Of a stretch of 24,000 bases of DNA, positions 7,073 to 15,851 are shown one piece after another. This DNA comes from Clostridium sp. 'deep sea'. Its GTDB lineage: Bacteria; Bacillota; UBA994; PWPR01. The notes under the pieces are model-generated. The model was not told the DNA's origin, ran no database searches, and saw nothing but the letters and a program-made list of their open reading frames with translations. The stretch covers positions 3,798,872 through 3,822,871 of the forward strand of contig NZ_CP063353.1 in NCBI RefSeq assembly GCF_014931565.1, in the 5' to 3' direction. Position 1 is the stretch's first letter; every line of letters begins with the position of its first letter. A program made the translations under genes and the position numbers.

Positions 7073-9634
7073 ATGATATATTATTTTAATGAAAAGAAAA
7101 TACCAGAATTGTCTCAAGTAGGTGGAAAAGCCAAAGCCCTTATTGAAACCACAAATGCGGGATTTCCTGTTCCAGAGGGTATAACACTATCTGTTGATTT
7201 TTTTAGTACATGGCTCAACACAATTAAGAGTTCAAATGAGTTTAAAGCAGTAATTCAAAATACTACCAAAGAAAACTGTGATGCAGTAAAGGCACTTGCT
7301 GAGGTTATGAACTTTAACGAATGGCAGAGTGAGTCTTTTAATAAGACATTTACAAATTTACAGGGTAATATTTTTGCTGTAAGATCATCATCTCCAGAAG
7401 AAGATCTTGAAGGTACTAGTTTTGCTGGCATGTACGAAACATATCTTGGTACAAATAGAAGTGAGATAGAAAAAACTGTGGCACGTGCTTTTTCGTCGTG
7501 TTTTGATTATAGGGTAATGCGGTATAAAAAACAGAACGCAATAGATCTTAATAATACTAGTATTGCAGTTATCATTCAAAAACAAATTGATTCGGAAATG
7601 AGTGGGGTAGGTTTTTCACTTAATCCACTTAACAACTGTTATGATGAGGTTGTAATTAATGCTTCGTTGGGGCTTGGGGAAGCTATTGTATCAGGTATTG
7701 TTACTCCTGATATGTATATTTATGATGCTGTAGACAAAAGAATTATTGATAAAAAGATTAGTAAAAAAGAAATAGCAATTTATCTTAAAGAAGATGGGGG
7801 TACTGTTAAGAAAGAGATACTTAATAAAGAAAAGCAGACACTTACAGATAACCAAATAGTAGAGCTCTCTAGTTTAATAAAAAAAGTAGAAGAGTACTAT
7901 AACAAACCAGTTGATACCGAGTGGGCTTATGAAAAAGATAAACTTTACTTGCTTCAGGCAAGGCCTATAACAAGCTATTTACCATTTTTTGAAGAGCTCT
8001 TAACAAAACCTGGGGAAAAGAAAAGATTTTATTTAGATTTAATGGTAATGACTCAAGGCTTTGATGAACCTATGAGTGTATTAGGTATGGAAGTTTGGTC
8101 TGAGATGTTATATAACATTAAGTTTGGAATGATGACACCCCAAGCTAAAGGTACTACTCCTGCATTGTATGGTCGTGAGTATATAAGTGTTACCGACTTA
8201 CAAAAGATTGTAGGTAAAAAAAATGTTATGAAAATGTTTAACTCGTATGATGGTAATGTTAAACGAATTTTTAATAAAATTGATTTAGATGCCCATTTTC
8301 CTAATAAAAAACCTGAAGGGGTAAAAGGCTTTAAAAGAAAAGCAATAAAAATGTTTTGTAAGATGTTGCCTGGAGTTTTTAAGGGTATATTTCTTAATTA
8401 TAAGGCAGTTATTAAAGACTATAATGAAATTGCAGATGACATTATTAACAGAGCAAAGAATCTAAAAAAAGAAGATAGTTTTAAATACAATGCTTCACAG
8501 ATATCTCAGCTATTAATGGAAACAATGGGAACAATATCAGCGATGTTTGCTGGCATGCTTGCCCAATCATCTATTAAAAAAATGTTTAAGGGTGAAGATA
8601 TAGAGAAAGAAATCATTGCTCTTGCTATGGATCTTGAGGGTAATCCTACTAGTGCAATGGGTCATTTACTAGTTAAAATGGCTTCATATGAGGAATTTCA
8701 AAATACAGCATCAAGGCAAGAGTTTATTAAAAAGTGCAAAGATAGAAATTACTCTAAAGAGTTCATGGCAGACTACAATGAGTTTATGGATAAATACGCT
8801 GTTAGGGGTATGAAAGAAATTGATATAGCATCACTAAGAATTTATGAAGATATTGGTTTGTTATACGTCAAGCTTATTGAAATAAACATTGAAGACAATC
8901 AAATTATAAAGGTTAAAGAAAAGCGACAGCAGGCTTATAATAAGCTTCTTAAAGCAGCAAAGGCCAAAGGCAAAGAAAAGAAATTTATAAAAGCAGCAAA
9001 TAAGTATCAAGCAACCTTTGGTTATCGAGAACACCCCAAGTATGTTATTGTGTACATCTTAGCCATGTTGCATAATATTTGTTTACAAATGGCAAACGAA
9101 TGGGTTAAAGAGGGTCGGTTAGAAGAACCATATCATATATTTGATTTACATGTAAATGAAATAGCCAAAGCTCAAAAAGATGCTAATTTTAATATGAAAG
9201 CGGCTAGGGTAAAGAACCTAAAAGGCTATCAAAAAGTAGCTCATGTTAAAAATTGGCCACTGGTAATAGACAGTAGGGGTAAAATATATAAACCTAAAAT
9301 GCAGATAAAAGATGGAGATATTGTAGGTGACCCAATAGCTCCTGGTAAGGTAGTTGGTAAAGCTAAGGTATTAAAAAGCCCTTATGAAAAACCGTTATAT
9401 TCAGGTGAGATTCTTATTACTAGGGCCACAGAGCCATCGTGGACACCTATATTCATAAATGCAGCAGGTGTTATTATGGAAATCGGGGGTCCACTACAGC
9501 ATGGTGGAATTATTGCCAGAGAGTATGGCATACCATGTGTAAGTGGCTTAATAGGTATAATGGATATGGTTAAAGATGGAGATTTAATAGAGGTTGATGG
9601 TTATAATGGGATTGTAAAAATACTAGAAAAATAA
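7073..9634 (+). CDS. PEP-utilizing phosphotransferase: N-terminal PPDK_N/ATP-grasp domain plus C-terminal swivel phosphohistidine domain, in a rifampin-phosphotransferase-like architecture
   Basis: Start ATG 7073 follows AGGAGGG (7061-7067). VGGKAKAL and VRSSSPEEDLEGTSFAGMYETYLG are PPDK_N motifs. The C-terminal ILITRATEPSWTPIF...GGPLQHGGIIAREYGIPCV is the PEP-utilizer mobile domain, with the His codon at 9500-9502. No PEP/pyruvate-binding TIM-barrel domain follows, so this is not a true PpsA. Confidence 0.8.
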   Translation: MIYYFNEKKIPELSQVGGKAKALIETTNAGFPVPEGITLSVDFFSTWLNTIKSSNEFKAVIQNTTKENCDAVKALAEVMNFNEWQSESFNKTFTNLQGNIFAVRSSSPEEDLEGTSFAGMYETYLGTNRSEIEKTVARAFSSCFDYRVMRYKKQNAIDLNNTSIAVIIQKQIDSEMSGVGFSLNPLNNCYDEVVINASLGLGEAIVSGIVTPDMYIYDAVDKRIIDKKISKKEIAIYLKEDGGTVKKEILNKEKQTLTDNQIVELSSLIKKVEEYYNKPVDTEWAYEKDKLYLLQARPITSYLPFFEELLTKPGEKKRFYLDLMVMTQGFDEPMSVLGMEVWSEMLYNIKFGMMTPQAKGTTPALYGREYISVTDLQKIVGKKNVMKMFNSYDGNVKRIFNKIDLDAHFPNKKPEGVKGFKRKAIKMFCKMLPGVFKGIFLNYKAVIKDYNEIADDIINRAKNLKKEDSFKYNASQISQLLMETMGTISAMFAGMLAQSSIKKMFKGEDIEKEIIALAMDLEGNPTSAMGHLLVKMASYEEFQNTASRQEFIKKCKDRNYSKEFMADYNEFMDKYAVRGMKEIDIASLRIYEDIGLLYVKLIEINIEDNQIIKVKEKRQQAYNKLLKAAKAKGKEKKFIKAANKYQATFGYREHPKYVIVYILAMLHNICLQMANEWVKEGRLEEPYHIFDLHVNEIAKAQKDANFNMKAARVKNLKGYQKVAHVKNWPLVIDSRGKIYKPKMQIKDGDIVGDPIAPGKVVGKAKVLKSPYEKPLYSGEILITRATEPSWTPIFINAAGVIMEIGGPLQHGGIIAREYGIPCVSGLIGIMDMVKDGDLIEVDGYNGIVKILEK

Positions 9635-9748
9635 TAAATACAAATAATTGCTGCATTAAAGATTACTTGTATATATTACCTTTAGTAGTGTATTGATTAA
9701 CAATGACTAGTGTTGTGAAAAAAAAATACATTTCAAAAAGAGAATGAG

Positions 9749-9781
9749 AAAGCATGGCATCTAATTAGATATCATGCTTTT
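9749..9781. terminator. Hairpin between convergent genes (possible bidirectional terminator)
   Basis: AAAGCATG (9749-9756) pairs with CATGCTTT (9773-9780). The inner palindrome is ATCTAATTAGAT, and the flanks are A/T-rich. Confidence 0.45.
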
Positions 9782-9804
9782 AATTTATAAATAATAGGTA
9801 TTAT

Positions 9805-10252
9805 TTAATGAGTTTCAACTAAAACTTTAAGCGTTGCCATAGCTATTTTTTGCAAAGCCTCGTAATTAATATTCTTAGAAATATCTGCTGGAGTATGGTA
9901 ATACTCGCTTCTAAAGTTAGCCATATCAGTTATAAAAAGACCCGGTATGCCTTTTTTCCAGAAAGACCAGTGATCAGATCTTAATACATCTGATGCATAT
10001 TTTTTTATTAAATTATATTCAAAGGGAAGTCCTAATCATATGTAGTCTATATTAATTGTTTCATCTTGGCAACTTGCTAAAAATCTATTTAGGATATCTG
10101 TAGAATTTTTTTTCACCAAATACTGCAATACAATTTCTTTTCACCTTTTCTAAATCAACATTTTTAGTTTTAATTAGCTGTTTAATATTATCATCAAAAG
10201 GTAACTCACTTGTTTTATTACTTTGTGGATCAACCCATCCCAAGCAGTCATA
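9805..10252 (-). pseudogene. Truncated, disrupted remnant of an M28-family (aminopeptidase-like) peptidase gene
   Basis: My own minus-strand translation ends ...LGLPFEYNLIKKYASDVLRSDHWSFWKKGIPGLFITDMANFRSEYYHTPADISKNINYEALQKIAMATLKVLVETH*, with the stop at 9805-9807. SDHxxF and YHTxxD are M28 C-terminal signatures. There is an in-frame TGA at 10036-10038. A frame change is needed at the T8/A8 run (10106-10113) to continue into ...NCIAVFGEK. No N-terminal half and no start codon are present. Confidence 0.55.
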
Positions 10253-10301
10253 TCATTCTATGATTTTATGGACTAATTAAATTAAATTTCATAAATTCTT
10301 G

Positions 10302-10856
10302 TTAACTATTTCGTTCCTCACGCAGTATGCCATAGCTTACAGAGTCGTAGTATTTACCATCTACAATCCTTGCTTTTCTGTATACCGCTTCACATTTTAG
10401 TCCAGTTTTTTCTGCTAACTTTATCATTCTTAAGTTTCCCGACCAAGTCGTAAGACCTAATCTTACTAGTTGAGGATATTTCTCAAATAATATATCAATC
10501 CACAATGGTAATGCCTGATAACCAATGCCTTTACCCCAGTATTTTTCATTAAAAATGACAATTCCAACTTCCATCCACAAGGTTTCTTTTGATTTCCAAT
10601 ACCAAGATACTTCACCTATAAGCTCATTAGTATCTTTATTGGCTATCATCTGTCTTACTTCATGAAAACCTTCATCCTTGTTTAACAGTTTTGTTCTTAG
10701 TTTTTTAATACAAGCTTTTAACTCTTCTTCGGTAGTTTGTTTAAAATAAGGTCCATTAAATTTATGATATTCTCTACTTGGGTGTTTTAAATAAAAGTAA
10801 TTCTCTAAATCATTAATGGTAATATTTCTGAGAACTATAGATGTATTATTAGTTAT
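10302..10856 (-). CDS. GNAT-family N-acetyltransferase (RimJ/RimL-like) with no canonical start codon at the expected position
   Basis: The ORF track gives only 10302..10649, starting at an internal Met. The frame stays open upstream as AIVITNNTSIVLRNITINDLENYFYLKHP...EGFHEVRQ-MIANK, a typical GNAT N-terminal half. The GKGIGYQAL acetyl-CoA motif is present. SD GAGAGGGG lies 8 nt upstream of an ATA codon (10856-10854). There is no ATG, GTG or TTG in frame before 10649. Confidence 0.6.
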   Translation of the reverse strand: MTNNTSIVLRNITINDLENYFYLKHPSREYHKFNGPYFKQTTEEELKACIKKLRTKLLNKDEGFHEVRQMIANKDTNELIGEVSWYWKSKETLWMEVGIVIFNEKYWGKGIGYQALPLWIDILFEKYPQLVRLGLTTWSGNLRMIKLAEKTGLKCEAVYRKARIVDGKYYDSVSYGILREERNS

Positions 10857-11007
10857 TACAATCGCCCCTCTCTGTTATGTATATTATAAGCTTTGAAGTG
10901 GGTGTTTTCAAGGTTATAGAAAACTTACGGACATTTGTCCTAGAATATTTAGCAGATTTGACTATACTTTAAGTAACTAAATGTATATATATGAAAGTGG
11001 TGTTATT

Positions 11008-12525
11008 ATGCAGTCCAGTCTTAATGATATTATTGATATTGTAATTAGTAAAACTATGACTCCACAGCAAAAACTAATTGCTTTAGGCAATACCGCAGAA
11101 AGGCTTATTTCACCTGTTGAGCTTCTTGGCTACACAGAAGAAGAGCTGGCATACATTAATAATCAAATGATATGTGATTTAAATGAGGGTTATGCTATTT
11201 ATCGACCACGTTATATTGTGCCAGATTATACTGTCTTTGCAGAAAAAGGCTGTCAGTTTTTAGAACTAGAGCCACCCAAAGATTTAGATGAACTATTAGA
11301 TGGCTTGCTTATTCTTTATAGTCATGTTCCATCAATAACATCCTACCCAGTATTTATAGGTCACTTAGATAGACTAATAGAGCCTTTTTTAACTAATGAA
11401 AAAACAGATTATCTTAAAATTAAACGTTTTCTTAACCATATAGATAAAACAATTATCGACTCTTTTTGTCACGCCGATATAGGTCCTTATGACAGTAAGG
11501 CTGGCAGATTAATATTAAAAGCAGTTGTGGAGCTAGAAAATCCAACACCTAATATGACAATTCGTTACGATAAAAACAAAACATCAAAAGATTTTGCACA
11601 GCTTGCGGCGGCTGCTTGTTTACAAGTATCTAAACCATCATTTTCAAATGACGTTTATTACAATAAAGATATTGGCAGCCATGCTATTTGTAGTTGTTAC
11701 AATGCTTTGCCTTTAGCAGGTGGAGCTTATACTTTGTCACGTTTACGGCTAGGTACTATAGCTAAGTCTGCTACTAGCTTAGACATGTTAATTAGTGAAC
11801 TACTACCAAAGGTAGCTAAACTTATGTTATCAATTATAGATAAACGAACTAGTTTTATTGTTGAAAAATCTAATTTCTTTGAGTCAAGCTTTTTGGCAAG
11901 TGAGGGTTTTATAAACAAAGATAATTTCACAGCAATGTTTGCTATTGTTGGTTTAGCAGATGCTGTTAATACTATGCTTGCTTTAGAGGGATTAAGTGAA
12001 ACATTTGGAACTTCTACAAGGGGTGATGAAATAGGTCATTTAATCATGAATACTATTAAAGAAATAGTTGAAAAACATGAAGGAAAATATGTTAGCAGAA
12101 CTAATAACAGATATTTGCTTCATGCTCAAGTAGGTGCCTCAATTCATGAAGAGGACAAAGACAATACTCCTGCTCATAGAATTAAAGTAGGTCAAGAGCC
12201 ATCTTTAGTTGAACACTTAAAACAATCAGCCCCATTTCATCAATATTTTCCAGCTGGCACAGGTGATTTATTTGCCTTTGATCAAACTTGGTTAAGTCAC
12301 CCAGAGGCTATAGTAGATATAATTGATGGTGCTTTTGTTAGTGGTTATCGCTATATAACAACCTATTTAAAAAATTCCGATTTAATTCGGGTTACTGGCT
12401 ATTTAGTTAAAAAAAGTGAAGTAGAAAAACTAAGAAATAATCAGGCAGTTTTAAGAGACACAACTGTGTTTGGTATGGGTACCGAAGATAATAGTAAAGT
12501 CTTTGACCGTAAACTAAGAGAGTAG
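11008..12525 (+). CDS. yjjI: YjjI-family glycyl-radical enzyme of unknown function
   Basis: About 505 aa, the size of E. coli YjjI. N-terminal ...TMTPQQKLIALGNTAERL and a C-proximal glycyl-radical fingerprint LIRVTGYLV (Gly codon 12397-12399). An activase gene follows directly. Preferred start is ATG 11008, the second Met of the ORF-track call. Confidence 0.75.
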   Translation: MQSSLNDIIDIVISKTMTPQQKLIALGNTAERLISPVELLGYTEEELAYINNQMICDLNEGYAIYRPRYIVPDYTVFAEKGCQFLELEPPKDLDELLDGLLILYSHVPSITSYPVFIGHLDRLIEPFLTNEKTDYLKIKRFLNHIDKTIIDSFCHADIGPYDSKAGRLILKAVVELENPTPNMTIRYDKNKTSKDFAQLAAAACLQVSKPSFSNDVYYNKDIGSHAICSCYNALPLAGGAYTLSRLRLGTIAKSATSLDMLISELLPKVAKLMLSIIDKRTSFIVEKSNFFESSFLASEGFINKDNFTAMFAIVGLADAVNTMLALEGLSETFGTSTRGDEIGHLIMNTIKEIVEKHEGKYVSRTNNRYLLHAQVGASIHEEDKDNTPAHRIKVGQEPSLVEHLKQSAPFHQYFPAGTGDLFAFDQTWLSHPEAIVDIIDGAFVSGYRYITTYLKNSDLIRVTGYLVKKSEVEKLRNNQAVLRDTTVFGMGTEDNSKVFDRKLRE

Positions 12526-12532
12526 GTCTATT

Positions 12533-13297
12533 ATGAGGTTACCGGTACGTCGAATAATTCCATTCTCTAATGTTGAGGGAGTAGGTAATAGAACAAGTAT
12601 TTTTGTTCAGGGCTGTAACGCTAATTGTTTATATTGTCATAATAGCGAAACCATTGTTATGAAGTGTGATGAAGCTAAGCTATACACCGTAGCTGAGTTG
12701 TTAAAGATCATTAAAACCAATATGCCTTTCATACGAGGAATAACGGTTTCGGGCGGAGAATCTACGCTTTATTATGAATTTTTAGTAGAGTTATTTAAAC
12801 GAGTACACGAGTTAAATTTAACCTGTTACGTTGACACTAATGGCTTTTATGACACCATTAAATTACAAGAGCTAATACAGCATACCGATAAATTTCTGTT
12901 TGATATTAAAGCTAGGGGTGAATCCCTAGCGCCTTTATGTTTTTCTAACTTATTACCTAAGTCTTCTGCTTTAGCTAAAAATTATTATGAGAGATTTATA
13001 ATTAATGAGCAACATTTTAATAATCTTGAAATACTATTAAAACAAGACAAGGTTGAAGAAGTGCGTTTGGTGTATATTAAGGGTTACTACGATGTTAAAA
13101 ATACTGTAAATAGAATAACTCAATTAATCAAGCCTTATACAAATGTAATTTTTAAGCTTATTAGGGTTCATGTTAGGGGGTTGCCTAAAGCAAGAGCAGT
13201 AAAGCTTAAAGGTGTTATTCCAAGCAAAGCAGAAGTAGATGAGTTAGAGTTGTATATTAAGTCATTAGGGGTGCAGAATATAGTAAAGATTTATTAA
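12533..13297 (+). CDS. yjjW: Glycyl-radical enzyme activating protein (radical SAM, YjjW/PflA-like)
   Basis: GCNANCLYCHN gives the CxxxCxxC radical-SAM cluster motif (12614-12637). GITVSGGEST is the SAM-binding GGE motif. The gene starts 7 nt after the yjjI-like stop. Confidence 0.8.
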   Translation: MRLPVRRIIPFSNVEGVGNRTSIFVQGCNANCLYCHNSETIVMKCDEAKLYTVAELLKIIKTNMPFIRGITVSGGESTLYYEFLVELFKRVHELNLTCYVDTNGFYDTIKLQELIQHTDKFLFDIKARGESLAPLCFSNLLPKSSALAKNYYERFIINEQHFNNLEILLKQDKVEEVRLVYIKGYYDVKNTVNRITQLIKPYTNVIFKLIRVHVRGLPKARAVKLKGVIPSKAEVDELELYIKSLGVQNIVKIY

Positions 13298-13307
13298 TAA
13301 ATAAATA

Positions 13308-13340
13308 ATATGGGGGACTTTTTGTCCTTCATATTATTTA
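13308..13340 (+). terminator. Intrinsic terminator after the activase gene
   Basis: ATATGGGGGAC (13308-13318), loop TTTTT, GTCCTTCATAT (13324-13334). All 11 positions pair on the plus-strand RNA, including two G-U pairs. On the minus strand those two positions become A-C mismatches. Confidence 0.6.
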
Positions 13341-14008
13341 TAACTAGCCTTTTGCTGAAGTTTGTTTATATCTATTACAGTTACTGCTGCATTTTCTCTT
13401 ATTAATATGCCTTCTTGCTCTAATTCTGCTAACACTCTTCTTAAGTGTCTTAAACTAATTCCAAGATAATCCGCAGTTTGATTGCTTTGTACATCAGGAA
13501 TCTTATTGCCATGAATTTTAGAGAGTTCATACAAGAATTTTGCTAAGCGGTTTTTAAGAGGATATAGTAAAGTTCTGGCATATTTAAAAGAAGTTCGTTT
13601 CATTTTTTGAGCTAGGTTTCGGCAAATATACTTGTAAAATTGACTATTGTGTTGAAAATATAAATCAATAGAGTTTACTGGAATAGCTAAAAGTGTACAG
13701 GGGCTTAGGGCTCTTACCTGATAATAATAATTGTCGTCATTAAAATACTCTATATCACCAATAACATCCCCTAAAATTATAATATCTAAAAGACTAAGTT
13801 TGCCTTTTTCGGATAATGGAACAATTCCGGCCTGACCATCAAGCAACACATAAAGATTTTCGACATTATCTTCACTATTAAATAGAACTTCACTAGCTGC
13901 AAAACTATGTAAAGACAACATACTAAGCAAATTATCATCAAAAATGTGAGTTAGGTTAAGGTCCTTTATATATTTTTTAATAATATCAGTATTCTTAGAT
14001 ATTTTCAT
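13334..14008 (-). CDS. Crp/Fnr-family transcriptional regulator (cNMP-binding-like domain plus C-terminal HTH)
   Basis: LYVLLDGQAGIV...LGDVIGDIEYF is the beta-roll effector domain. QTADYLGISLRHLRRVLAELEQEGIL is the HTH. There is no N-terminal Cys cluster, so it is not an FNR-type O2 sensor. ATG 14008 with AAAGGA upstream is preferred over TTG 14023. Confidence 0.8.
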   Translation of the reverse strand: MKISKNTDIIKKYIKDLNLTHIFDDNLLSMLSLHSFAASEVLFNSEDNVENLYVLLDGQAGIVPLSEKGKLSLLDIIILGDVIGDIEYFNDDNYYYQVRALSPCTLLAIPVNSIDLYFQHNSQFYKYICRNLAQKMKRTSFKYARTLLYPLKNRLAKFLYELSKIHGNKIPDVQSNQTADYLGISLRHLRRVLAELEQEGILIRENAAVTVIDINKLQQKASYK

Positions 14009-14171
14009 GTTAAGTCCTTTCAATAATATATCATTAATATAAAGTTTAATACTATAAAAGTCAAAAAAAGATAGTGTAAATCAAGTTAGCCAAGAAATAC
14101 TAATTGAAGTATAATAATATTATATCAACAAAACATATGTTTAACTATTATTAAGTATTTAAGGGGTTAAA

Positions 14172-15260
14172 ATGGAATTTCACAATAAAAAATATAACAC
14201 CGTTGCAGACTGGTATATTGGAGGCTTAGCCAAATTTTTAAGCCCCCTATATGAAGTAGTGCCAGAGAGCATTAGCATTAAAAAAAGTAAGTTTATTAAA
14301 GCTGAACAAGAGTTACATAGTTACATTAATAATCTATATCAAAATATGCATAATAATGCAGAGTTATATAATATACCTTTAGCAACTTTTGAGGGCAAAG
14401 ACTTTAACAAAAAAAGACTAAAGGTGCGTAAAGTTATCAACATCATTTTAGATTTTTTGTATAAACTTGCTCAACTTGCTACCCTAGAAGAATGTAGCTT
14501 AGTTTTAGCAATAGAAAACTGGCATAAAATAAGAGATGATAAAATAAAAAAGCTTAAATCCGAAAAAAAATTTAATAATCTTGTTTTGATATTAGGTTTT
14601 ACAGTAAATGTAAAGCAAAATATAGTTGTTATTAATCATAAAAATTACCCAGCTATGTTAATAGCCCTTAGTTACTATGCAAAGTTATGTAGCCAAGATA
14701 AAAAATATGGTTTTAGATACTTTTATCAGCTGGATTTTAGAAGATTTAATAACTATAAATTACAGATGAACGATGTTATAAACTCATTACCATTAGAGCT
14801 TAAAATAATGGTAACAGAAACAGATAATTTGTTAATGAAGTTAAAGTATCGCAAAAAAATAGAGCTTTATGAGGACTTTGGATATCGAGTAGCCTACTCC
14901 AATAAAGCAGGTGTGGTATATTATATTCATATTAATTCCTATAAAATAGATACTTATTATCATTATTTGCGTTGGGTTTTAAATTCAGCTCAATCGGATA
15001 AATGTATTAACACATTGATTCAAGAAGGTAAACAAAATATAGTAGATTACCTAAAACATAATATAGTACAATGTGACCCCAATTGTATACCAGGTTATGG
15101 TGCTAAATCACCAGAGCAATGCCAAGCACGTATTCATATACCATATTATGATCTTTATGTTTGTAAAGATAAAGGCTGTTTAGTAGGAATAGCTAGTTAT
15201 GAATTTGAGTATATTCAAGTTGTTTTAGAAATAATTAATGAGATTATTTCTAAAAAATAA
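14172..15260 (+). CDS. Hypothetical protein with a Cys-rich C-terminal segment
   Basis: Intact 362-aa ORF with RBS AAGGGG. I recognise no family. The C-terminal segment is QCDPNCIPGYGAKSPEQCQARIHIPYYDLYVCKDKGC. Confidence 0.6.
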   Translation: MEFHNKKYNTVADWYIGGLAKFLSPLYEVVPESISIKKSKFIKAEQELHSYINNLYQNMHNNAELYNIPLATFEGKDFNKKRLKVRKVINIILDFLYKLAQLATLEECSLVLAIENWHKIRDDKIKKLKSEKKFNNLVLILGFTVNVKQNIVVINHKNYPAMLIALSYYAKLCSQDKKYGFRYFYQLDFRRFNNYKLQMNDVINSLPLELKIMVTETDNLLMKLKYRKKIELYEDFGYRVAYSNKAGVVYYIHINSYKIDTYYHYLRWVLNSAQSDKCINTLIQEGKQNIVDYLKHNIVQCDPNCIPGYGAKSPEQCQARIHIPYYDLYVCKDKGCLVGIASYEFEYIQVVLEIINEIISKK

Positions 15261-15322
15261 AGATATAAAAATATAAAGTTGCTAAAAAATTTTATTTTTC
15301 TATAAAATATAAGGAAACCTAT

Positions 15323-15841
15323 ATGACAAAACTTAATAGAAAACAATTAAGGATTAATAACTATGATTACTCTAAACCTAACTATTATTTTGTAACTATC
15401 TGTACGTTCAATATGAATAACCTCTTTGGAAGAATAATTAATAACAAAATGAATTTAAATAGTAGTGGTGTAATAGTAAAAGACGCTCTTTTAACAACAA
15501 TATCTTATAATAAAACTTTTAAGCTTGATAAATATATTATTATGCCTAATCATGTACATGCTATTATTATTAAAAATAATATTTTAATAACAAAAAATTT
15601 ATTACCCAAGTCCACCACATCAATAAGTGATTTTATTTGTGAATTTAAGTCAAGAACTGTACATAAGTATATTCGTGCTGTAAAGAATAAAGAATGTCCA
15701 CCATTTAATAAAAGAATATGGCAACGTAGTTTTTATGACCATATTATAAGAAATCAACAGGATTACCAAAGAATTTGCAAATACATAAACACAAATCCTC
15801 AAAAGTGGCAGCAGGATAAATACTTCAATGCAAAAATATAA
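15323..15841 (+). CDS. rayT: REP-associated tyrosine transposase (RAYT), IS200-like HUH/Y1 family
   Basis: 172 aa. N-terminal NYDYSKPNYYFVTICT. HUH motif at MPNHVHAII (HVH codons 15551-15559). The C-terminal block IWQRSFYDHIIRNQQDYQRICKYINTNPQKW aligns with my recollection of the E. coli RayT/YafM block IWQPRFWEHAIRNTKDYRHHVDYIYINP. The candidate catalytic Tyr codon is at 15782-15784. Confidence 0.85.
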   Translation: MTKLNRKQLRINNYDYSKPNYYFVTICTFNMNNLFGRIINNKMNLNSSGVIVKDALLTTISYNKTFKLDKYIIMPNHVHAIIIKNNILITKNLLPKSTTSISDFICEFKSRTVHKYIRAVKNKECPPFNKRIWQRSFYDHIIRNQQDYQRICKYINTNPQKWQQDKYFNAKI

Positions 15842-15851
15842 AAAGTGATAA

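Noticed and set aside
7073-9634. Annotating the 853-aa protein as phosphoenolpyruvate synthase (PpsA)
   Set aside because: It has the ATP-grasp and swivel-His domains. However, the His domain is at the extreme C-terminus and no PEP/pyruvate-binding TIM-barrel domain follows. A central-metabolism PpsA call is therefore not supported.
10036-10038. In-frame TGA in the peptidase remnant as a sign of an alternative genetic code (TGA = Trp or Gly)
   Set aside because: All long ORFs in the window are intact under the standard code. The IS transposase ends at a TGA at its expected C-terminus. The remnant also has a frameshift and lacks its N-terminal half, so a simple pseudogene is the better explanation.
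11008-12525. Calling the glycyl-radical enzyme a pyruvate formate-lyase
   Set aside because: At about 505 aa it is far shorter than PFL-type enzymes (about 750-850 aa). Its N-terminal sequence pattern matches what I recall of YjjI rather than PflB. Function is left unassigned.
14131-14142. AAACATATGTTT palindrome as a Crp/Fnr box
   Set aside because: It does not resemble the TGTGA-N6-TCACA or TTGAT-N4-ATCAA consensus. It is short and AT-rich enough to occur by chance, so it is mentioned only as context for the orphan gene.
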